Source of the DNA: an uncultured Verrucomicrobiales bacterium
GTDB lineage: Bacteria; Verrucomicrobiota; Verrucomicrobiia; Verrucomicrobiales; DEV007
Reading direction: 5' to 3'
Length of the DNA: 43,859 nt
NCBI GenBank assembly: GCA_964542215.1
Contig: CAZITR010000001.1
Span: forward strand, 1 to 43,859
Below, one piece after another: positions 1 through 6,370 of the stretch. Under the pieces are notes generated by a model, which did not search any database, was not told the origin of the DNA, and saw nothing but the letters and a program-made list of their open reading frames with translations. Both the position numbers and the translations under genes were made by a program. The number at the start of each line of letters is the position of its first letter. The stretch's first letter is position 1.

Positions 1-1211
1 CCGGCATGGTCGAAACCGCCTCGCTGTTGGCAATAAAAGCTTTGTCCCGGTGAATCCCGTCCCGCCGCGTCATGGCCACCGAACCCTTCTCCAGATCGCG
101 CGGCCCGATCTCGATCCTCACCGGCACCCCCTTTTTGATCCACTCCCAATTTTTCACTCCACCCCCCAAGTCGCGCTCGTCCACCTCCACCCGGATCCCC
201 TCATCCCAAACCCGCTGGGCACCCAGTTCCTCCGCCAGTTTTCGACAGGCGGCCAATACCTCGTCCCTCACCCCGTCCTTCGGGATGATCGGCAGGATCA
301 CCACCTGGGTCGGAGCCACCCGCGGCGGCACCATCACGCCATCGTCATCCCCATGCGCCATGATCAATGTCCCGATCAAACGGGTGCTCACGCCCCAACT
401 CGTCGTCCAGGCAAACTCCCTTTTGCCCTCGCGCCCCTCGAACTCGATGCCGGCCGCTTTGGAAAAATTCTGGCCGAGGAAGTGGGAGGTGCCCGCTTGG
501 ATCGCCTTGCGGTCCTGCACCATTGCCTCGACCGTGAAGGTATTCAAGGCCCCGGGAAAACGCTCGGCCTCGGTTTTCTCCCCGGCGATCACCGGAATCG
601 CCAGGTGGTCGCGCAGGAACTCCACATACACATCGTGCATCTTGCGGGTTTCCTCCATGGCCTGTTCCGCCGTCTCATGCGCGGTGTGCCCCTCCTGCCA
701 CAGAAATTCCGCCGTGCGCAGGAACAAACGCGGCCGCATTTCCCAACGCATCACATTGGCCCACTGGTTGATCAACAAAGGCAAGTCACGGTAACTCTGC
801 ACCCAGCGCGCAAAAGCCGCCCCGATAATGGTTTCGGAAGTCGGACGGATCACATAGGGCTCGGACAACTCTCCCGCGGGCACCATTTTGCCATCCTTCA
901 GTTCCAGCCGGTGGTGGGTCACCACCGCACACTCTGTCGCGAAACCATCCACATGGGTGGCTTCCTTTTCCAGATAGCTCACCGGAATCAGTAGCGGAAA
1001 ATACGCGTTCTTGTGGCCGGTCGCTTTGAACATCCGGTCCAACTGGCCCTGAATCTGCTCCCACAAGCCGTAACCCCATGGTTTGATCACCATGCAGCCG
1101 CGCACCTCCGAGTTCTCCGCCAAATCAGCCGCCCTCACCACCTGTTGATACCACTCGGGAAAATTTTCGCCCCGGGCCGGACTGATCGCATTCTTCTGTT
1201 GTTTCGCCATA
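1..1211 (-). CDS. proS: Prolyl-tRNA synthetase, archaeal/eukaryote-like class II type. Partial: the C-terminus lies beyond the window edge.
   Basis: The minus-strand frame is open from the window edge to the ATG at 1211-1209. My own translation begins [54 protein letters not shown] and continues ...RPTSETIIG...[16 protein letters not shown]...[11 protein letters not shown], which are ProRS hallmarks. It is absent from the ORF track because it runs off the window. The listed plus-strand ORFs 50..994 and 72..794 are antisense shadows. Confidence 0.9.
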
Positions 1212-1348
1212 AGTCGTCAAAAGGTGGAATCCTAGCCTTTCTTTGAAAAAACGCCAGTCCTGAAAACCCTGGCGCGGGACATTTGCCATTTTCGAAGTCT
1301 TTACGCTGAAAGAGGCTCTTTTAGAATGGCGGGGCGCGTGGTAGGAAC

Positions 1349-1687
1349 ATGCGAACTTTATCTGCGCTACCCTGCATAATTGGTGTCGTTCGGGACTCGT
1401 GGAAGCAAGGCTATTTTTCCGTATATCCTATACGGAAGGATTGGGCAGATTTGCCGACTGAGGACAATCTGCTGCTGAAATGCCCTGAAGGGCTGCACAC
1501 TATCCACCTGAGCGAAAACTGGTCGGAAGCCCTCAAAGCGGGGCTTGTGGGCTCTTCGACCGAAATTTCTGAACTGTCCGGCCTGTCTTCGGGCAGAGTC
1601 CGGCAAATCATCCGCATGAGCAACATGCGGCCTGAAATCGTCTCGCACCTGAAAGGGCTGAACGGCAAAAAAGCCCTGAGAAAATAA
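1349..1687 (+). CDS. Small hypothetical protein with a C-terminal helix-turn-helix resembling sigma-70 region 4 or a ParB-type HTH.
   Basis: 112-aa ORF with an AGGA-like RBS just upstream of the ATG. The C-terminal segment STEISELSGLSSGRVRQIIRMSNM resembles the xxEIAxxLGxSxxRVRQI HTH signature. The N-terminal half is unrecognisable. Confidence 0.35.
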   Translation: MRTLSALPCIIGVVRDSWKQGYFSVYPIRKDWADLPTEDNLLLKCPEGLHTIHLSENWSEALKAGLVGSSTEISELSGLSSGRVRQIIRMSNMRPEIVSHLKGLNGKKALRK

Positions 1688-1836
1688 TCCCAAAGGCAGG
1701 TGCAGGCGATTTCAGCGGCCAAACTCGAAGATCAAGTGAAACTCTTCGAGGAAGTTTTTTCGGTCAAAATCGGCACTTAACTTGTTTCACTTGATTCATC
1801 GACCCTCGGTCGAAGCTCTTTCTCTTGAAAGCAAAA

Positions 1837-1871
1837 GGCTCCCCGCCTCGTGGCGGGGAGCCGATTTTTTT
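1837..1871. terminator. Bidirectional intrinsic terminator between the convergent HTH gene and ardA.
   Basis: Perfect 11-bp GC-rich stem GGCTCCCCGCC (1837-1847) / GGCGGGGAGCC (1852-1862) with loop TCGT. It is followed by T7 on the plus strand (1865-1871) and, on the minus strand, preceded by A-run/stop and followed by TTTTGC. Confidence 0.65.
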
Positions 1872-2409
1872 AGTGGTTCATGAAGATGTGAACCTCGTCG
1901 AAGCGGGTTTGCATGGTGACGATGTCGCCGCTCATGTCCATGTCCCGCCCCATGCGCTCGTAGTCGATGTAGAATTGCAAGTGCTCGGGAATCTCGCTGG
2001 TGCTCTCGGTGATTTCCTGTGCGTAGTCCGCTATGCTGGAATAGCTGCCCATGTAATTTTCAAGGGCGCGTGTGGCGTCTTCGATGTCGCCGCAATAGTG
2101 ATCCAGTGCCAAGGTGCCGACTTCGCCGTGCTCCTCCATAAACTCGGCCAGCTCGTGGACTCGCTCGATACTCTCCCATTCGGAAAGGCGGATGCCTCCG
2201 AAGCCTTCAAAGTCATGAATTGCCCATTCTTCCGCGTGTGGGATTGGTGAGGCTGCCAAGACGTTGCGGATTCGGTTCCATGTTTCGTCGATGTCGTTTT
2301 CAATGTCGATCCATTCGCCGTGGAGGATTCCGCTGTTGTAGGCAGCAAGGCAGGCAACATAGATGCGGGGTTGGTCTTGGGTGGTGGTGATTTCTGCTGT
2401 GAGTGTCAT
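1870..2409 (-). CDS. ardA: ArdA-family antirestriction protein (a DNA mimic that inhibits Type I R-M enzymes).
   Basis: 179 aa. RIYVACLAAYNSGILHGEWI, EEWAIHDFEGFG and LQFYIDYERMGRDMDMSGD correspond closely to the Tn916 ArdA blocks YIANLGKYNEGELVGAWF, EEYAIHDYE and LQNYIDYQAYGRDLDLSG as I recall them. The protein is very acidic. A GGAGA RBS lies 8 nt upstream. Confidence 0.9.
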   Translation of the reverse strand: MTLTAEITTTQDQPRIYVACLAAYNSGILHGEWIDIENDIDETWNRIRNVLAASPIPHAEEWAIHDFEGFGGIRLSEWESIERVHELAEFMEEHGEVGTLALDHYCGDIEDATRALENYMGSYSSIADYAQEITESTSEIPEHLQFYIDYERMGRDMDMSGDIVTMQTRFDEVHIFMNH

Positions 2410-2559
2410 TTTTCTAGTCTCCGTTGGTTACGGCCTTCTTCAGTGAAAGCCTGATTTCCCCTGCCAAGCGGCGAGCGAAGCTAGAGAGTGCCCGAAGCGG
2501 ACGGTGCAGCCGTCCAGTCAAGGTGGAGATTTTTTCGCGCAGCGCGGAAGCGAGGAGCT

Positions 2560-2640
2560 TGTGACGCGGCTGCACAAGTGAGCGCAAAAATACGACCTTT
2601 ACGGGTTCAAGCGGAGGGATGGATAATCCTGTGACGCGGC
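2560..2640. repeat. Two copies of an 11-nt direct repeat, TGTGACGCGGC, spaced 70 bp apart in the ardA upstream untranslated region.
   Basis: Exact copies at 2560-2570 and 2630-2640, each preceded by C[T/C]. No convincing ORF covers them. Confidence 0.6.
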
Positions 2641-2673
2641 AGCGGAAAACAGGCTTGGGGAACCCTGACCTTG

Positions 2674-2719
2674 GGGGCGCGTGCGCCCCGTGACTCAATC
2701 ATCAGGGCAATTGAGTGAC
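2674..2719. other. Two adjacent palindromic hairpin elements downstream of the HD-hydrolase gene and upstream of ardA.
   Basis: GGGGCGCGTGCGCCCC (2674-2689) is a GC palindrome. GTGACTCAAT (2690-2699) and ATTGAGTGAC (2710-2719) form a 9/10 inverted repeat around a 10-nt loop. Neither has a U-tract, so terminator function is uncertain. Confidence 0.5.
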
Positions 2720-2827
2720 AACGTGCCGGAGCTTGCGTAGGCGCGTCGAACTTGTTTGCCCCATCAGCGTGCGGCGGTTTCTGTGCCGAGACTAGCGCAG
2801 CGATGGAGGCTCTGTAACCGACGCGAA

Positions 2828-3253
2828 TCAGCCCATGGAAACCAAGCGTTTCCAGTGTTTGTGATACTTCGCAGTTCGCTTGAGGTCGTTCTCCGTGACG
2901 CGCTCAAGCTGCTTGAGGTTCATGTTGTCCTCAAGGTCTGCGATTTTGACTGCTCTGGCGACAGGGTTCGGAGCCAGACGGTCGATGAAATCCTTATAGG
3001 ATTCGCCGTCTCGGCGGGTCAGGCAATTCAGAGCTTCGATGAGTGCCTCGTCGAAGCCTTCTTTTCTCAAATCCTCAAATGTCCATTCAGTGTCCTCGAC
3101 AACGTCGTGGAGCACTGCCGCCATCTGCTGCAATTCGTCTTCGATCTGAAACATCAGTCGAAGGGGGTGCAGAATGTATGGGCTACCATCAAGCCGCGTC
3201 TGCTCTCTGTGGGCAGTCGATGCGATTTCAATGGCTCTGGCTAGGTTGGACAT
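2828..3253 (-). CDS. Stand-alone HD-domain protein of the RelA/SpoT hydrolase type: a small alarmone hydrolase (SAH) and putative (p)ppGpp/(p)ppApp pyrophosphohydrolase.
   Basis: 141 aa. AIEIASTAHREQTRLDGSPYILHPLRL (the RSH hydrolase N-terminal signature A..AH..Q.R..G.PY..HP), the HD dyad in AAVLHDVVEDT, and KIADLEDNMN (the KLADRLHN-like motif). No synthetase domain is present. Confidence 0.75.
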   Translation of the reverse strand: MSNLARAIEIASTAHREQTRLDGSPYILHPLRLMFQIEDELQQMAAVLHDVVEDTEWTFEDLRKEGFDEALIEALNCLTRRDGESYKDFIDRLAPNPVARAVKIADLEDNMNLKQLERVTENDLKRTAKYHKHWKRLVSMG

Positions 3254-3292
3254 TACTCAACCTTTCTTCCAGAAAACCACCCTCAAAGCGAC

Positions 3293-5419
3293 TCATTTCC
3301 GAGAAGCAACAATTCCATCGTAAAAGTAGCCTAAGATGAATTGATCGAATTCATCCAATGATTCGATGCTGCTTATTTTCTCATGCCCGACATCTGCAAA
3401 TTCTGAGATTACTTGGTGGATACTCTTTTCATCAGATTCCAAGTCGATCAGACTGGAATCCTGTATCTTTCTGGAGATGATCCTCGGAAGGCCATACTCT
3501 TCTAGCTGATAGACTAAAACAGGAAGGAAGGCGTGAGCGGCTTTGGCCGCAAAGGATGAAATATCAATCGTGCTGCCAAAAATTTCACGATTGATTGCAT
3601 TTATATCGTGCAGAAGCGTTGCAAGCTTGAAGGCGACATCCCGCTCAAGTTTGAAGAATTCATCAATTGCGATACCTCGACTCGCAGCTAACCTAATTGT
3701 TGCTGCAAGGCCTCGATTCCACCCCGAAGACATCACTTTTGCCGCTTCAACAATTTTAGTATATTGATGGCCTAAGTGTTTTAAGTGTTGAACCTTATAA
3801 AGAGCACTATCCCATCTGGAGGTGTCCGAGGAGTTGAGGTTTCGTAATTGGTTCCATGAATGTGGTTCTGCTTTGATTGAATTTACGATTTTCTTGGCTA
3901 AATCGTAGTCGGAACTCTGTAGAAATCCGCCCGAAAACAGGGTCTTCATCTGTTCGCTTGTCATCAATTCCTCAAGCTCTTCCTTATAGGCGATAATTAC
4001 CGCTATCTGCTCTTTCGTAAGATGACGCTCTTGTTCTTCCTCATCCATTGAGATCAAAAGACTCTCTGGGATATCGAGGGTGATTTGGGCGTCTTCATCC
4101 ACTGGAGGCTCTGCAAGGATATGCACATGGCCGACGAAGTATCTGAACATTCTCCCACCGCGTCCGGCGAGGTTCTTGTAATCGAATGACGTGAGCTTTG
4201 GCTGACCATTTTTATTATGCCAGACGACGACCCGTTCGGCCGCAGTATTTACACCTTCAATAATGGAGGAGGTGGAAATCAAACCTGCCAAACCTTCCTG
4301 TTCCTCAAAGAGCTTCACCTGTATCTGCGACAAAGACCGATGTAGACTGCCATTATGAATTCCATATTTTCGAGTAACCAAGTCTGCAAGGCTCCAGTCA
4401 GGTGAATAATTCTTACGAATCCATGCGCTAAATTGATCCAGTAAGCGGGTGGCGTGCGGGTCAGCACTTTCGCAAATCAGACTCATTAAGCGGTCAACCT
4501 CGGTGTATGTTCCTGCGTAAATGAGGGTCTTTGTATCCCCATTTTCCCGTCCTTCAACCAATAGCTTTTGGAGCACAACGGATTTCTGCTCAATTTTGGA
4601 ATCCTTTGAACCTTTTATATCAAGATACTCCTCGTAGGTCTTCAGGAACACTGTGGACATCTTGAATTCATGAAAGGTCATCCCTTGAGTAAAGACGCTT
4701 TCGGTAAGCGCAGTAATATTGGGTGCTAGGAAATACCGCTGCTTTGCTTTTTTGCTCAGTTCGAGAATTGCTTTCAGAAGAATAAGCGCACGCTCATCGG
4801 ACTTTCTCTGCGCGAATGCCTCGCTAGCTTTGTAAAACTCATCGACGATTAAGATGTCGATCTCATCTAGTTTGTCCAAATACCCGAATGCTCGCTCTTG
4901 GGGAAAGATGAGTATGTTTCTTTCTGCAAGAGGAACATCAGATGTCGTAATTACCTTATACAGCGATGAGAATTTTTTCGTTAGTCGTCTCCGTGCCTCG
5001 TCCATCAACGCAATTGTAGGCACGATAATGACGACGGTTCTTGGCTGCTTGATAGCTATAAACGAATCAATAACGAAGCTCTTTCCAAAACTGGTAGGAG
5101 CACTGATTGCCATATCCCGCCCTTCGAGCAACATGCGTAGAAGCTGAGATTGGTCTTTATGGAGCGTTTTGGGTTCTTCTTCTCCTGTATCCACCTTGAA
5201 AGCCTCATGGACGAGGCGATCCTCCCAGATTGAGGAGTCTGGGTCGATGTAGTGAAAGAACCCCAATCTTCGGGACAGATGATTCACGAGCTCATCGGGT
5301 TTCGAATTTGCCTTGTGAATTTTGTCCAATACGCGGATAAGCTCCTCACGAGCGTTATCCTCATCACCGGATTCGATGAGGCGATTTATCTGGGCGCATT
5401 CTTCGAAGAACATACTCAT
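3293..5419 (-). CDS. hamB: Superfamily-2 helicase, Hachiman HamB-like.
   Basis: 708 aa. Motif I SAPTSFGKS (K113), Ia IIVPTIALMDE, II LIVDEFYK (D193-E194), V ISTSSIIEGVN, VI NLAGRGGR. The C-terminal ~280 aa are helical with no motif I recognise. The start ATG shares one base (5419) with the stop codon of the upstream nuclease-like gene. Confidence 0.8.
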   Translation of the reverse strand: MSMFFEECAQINRLIESGDEDNAREELIRVLDKIHKANSKPDELVNHLSRRLGFFHYIDPDSSIWEDRLVHEAFKVDTGEEEPKTLHKDQSQLLRMLLEGRDMAISAPTSFGKSFVIDSFIAIKQPRTVVIIVPTIALMDEARRRLTKKFSSLYKVITTSDVPLAERNILIFPQERAFGYLDKLDEIDILIVDEFYKASEAFAQRKSDERALILLKAILELSKKAKQRYFLAPNITALTESVFTQGMTFHEFKMSTVFLKTYEEYLDIKGSKDSKIEQKSVVLQKLLVEGRENGDTKTLIYAGTYTEVDRLMSLICESADPHATRLLDQFSAWIRKNYSPDWSLADLVTRKYGIHNGSLHRSLSQIQVKLFEEQEGLAGLISTSSIIEGVNTAAERVVVWHNKNGQPKLTSFDYKNLAGRGGRMFRYFVGHVHILAEPPVDEDAQITLDIPESLLISMDEEEQERHLTKEQIAVIIAYKEELEELMTSEQMKTLFSGGFLQSSDYDLAKKIVNSIKAEPHSWNQLRNLNSSDTSRWDSALYKVQHLKHLGHQYTKIVEAAKVMSSGWNRGLAATIRLAASRGIAIDEFFKLERDVAFKLATLLHDINAINREIFGSTIDISSFAAKAAHAFLPVLVYQLEEYGLPRIISRKIQDSSLIDLESDEKSIHQVISEFADVGHEKISSIESLDEFDQFILGYFYDGIVASRK

Positions 5420-6348
5420 CAGTGCTCCTTCTCCTCTTTGACTCTAGAAATGTATGCGTCTAAGATTTCTTCTTTCTTCGGAACTGGAAACAGTATCAGC
5501 GTGAAAGAAATCTGGTCATACTTGGTGATGTTCTGGAGCTGCTCGATTTGCTTTTTGAAGAATGCATTCGCTCGCTCTTTGTGATGCTCAATCAGCTCAT
5601 CTCTAAGCGCATCATCGAAATCATTCTTTCCCGCGACGATGTCACACTCATGCAATATAAATATGGGAATATGAAGCTTAGGTTTTAAGCGGTCGGTGGT
5701 GGTATCTTCGTCGAGCAGATGCTTTAGCTCTTCGAGCATGTCAGGATCGCTGATGTATTTACCTAACTGACATACGCCAGTAATGATTGAGTTTTCTTTC
5801 CTGATTTTGTTTGGGTCTAAAGAATTGCCGACTGACTTAATAATTTCAGCAAGGCGCGCATTCTCGATTGAGTTGTAAAATTTGGCTTCGCCATACCAAA
5901 TTTGAAAATCACCGTCCGCCACCGTGATGTGGACGCTATCAGCACCCTTCGCGTTATCTTTGACATTCTGCTTATAGAAAATCTTAGGAACTGCGGGAAT
6001 AGCGCCAAAGTGCTTCCTCATGATTCCATATAAGAAAATCTCTGCCAACTCACTCCCTGCGCCCTTTGTTTCTGCCGTCTCATCTTTCGTAAGACGCATC
6101 CTAGATGCCGCTCGACCTAAAGCTGTGGCATGGTCACCTGCAAGAGCCTCTCGTTCTTCCTCCGAGAGAGCCGTTTCTGCCACATTATCCCAAACAAATC
6201 TGTGGAATGCTTTCGCTCGCCATATTCCTCCCTCATAGTCGTTACAAAAGCTAAGCAAGTTCTTGCGGTCAATAGGTGCCAGAGAAGAATCCTCGCAGAA
6301 ATTTGCGAATGCTTCGTCTATGACGATGTTAAACTTGGTGGAGGACAT
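5419..6348 (-). CDS. hamA: DUF1837-like protein with a PD-(D/E)xK-type motif arrangement, Hachiman HamA-like effector.
   Basis: I place the start at ATG 6348 (MSSTKFNIVIDE), 22 nt after the hsdR stop, giving 309 aa; the track ORF start at 6426 would overlap hsdR. Motifs are GAGSELAEIFLYG (E100), KGADSVHI (D137) and WYGEAKFYNS (E154-x-K156). It is paired with an SF2 helicase, as in Hachiman. Confidence 0.7.
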   Translation of the reverse strand: MSSTKFNIVIDEAFANFCEDSSLAPIDRKNLLSFCNDYEGGIWRAKAFHRFVWDNVAETALSEEEREALAGDHATALGRAASRMRLTKDETAETKGAGSELAEIFLYGIMRKHFGAIPAVPKIFYKQNVKDNAKGADSVHITVADGDFQIWYGEAKFYNSIENARLAEIIKSVGNSLDPNKIRKENSIITGVCQLGKYISDPDMLEELKHLLDEDTTTDRLKPKLHIPIFILHECDIVAGKNDFDDALRDELIEHHKERANAFFKKQIEQLQNITKYDQISFTLILFPVPKKEEILDAYISRVKEEKEH

Positions 6349-6370
6349 TTGATTTCTGGTTTTGGGATAC

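Noticed and set aside
50-994. Long plus-strand ORFs (50..994 and 72..794). Similar long ORFs occur elsewhere: 15011..16696, 20135..21430, 21448..22353 (minus strand), 34975..37116 and 39109..39990.
   Set aside because: Their translations are Arg/Pro/Gly/His-rich and low in complexity. They lie antisense to, or out of frame with, genes that have clear family motifs (proS, M16 peptidase, pilD, ddpX, glcD/fabV, the SLC13 permease). They are typical shadow ORFs of high-GC DNA.
1327-1342. A possible distal att copy (TGGCGGGGCGCGTGGT) resembling the tRNA 3'-end repeat TGGCGGAGAGGGTGGG, near the proS-side island boundary.
   Set aside because: Only 12 of 16 positions match, and the sequence is GC-rich, where such partial matches arise by chance. 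It is not strong enough to call a junction without comparative data.
2414-2698. A 94-aa minus-strand ORF in the ardA upstream region.
   Set aside because: It has a TTG start, a strongly Arg/Leu/Pro-biased composition and no recognisable motif. It also overlaps the hairpins, the repeats and the ardA RBS. I treat the region as non-coding.
3257-3288. Patchy similarity between the two edges of the AT-rich cassette. The blocks TCAACC...AGAAAAC...TCAAAG occur at 3257-3288 and again at 13630-13667, in direct orientation.
   Set aside because: Only three short blocks (6, 7 and 6 nt) match, with different spacing. This could be chance in A-rich DNA. It is not convincing as a set of flanking repeats or a recombination site.
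1349-3293. A search for a toxic small alarmone synthetase (toxSAS) partner for the HD hydrolase, and for a ParE-like toxin next to the RHH gene at 13453-13629.
   Set aside because: No ORF in the island shows RelA/SpoT synthetase motifs or a ParE/RelE-like small basic protein. Both genes therefore appear to be orphans rather than parts of canonical TA pairs.
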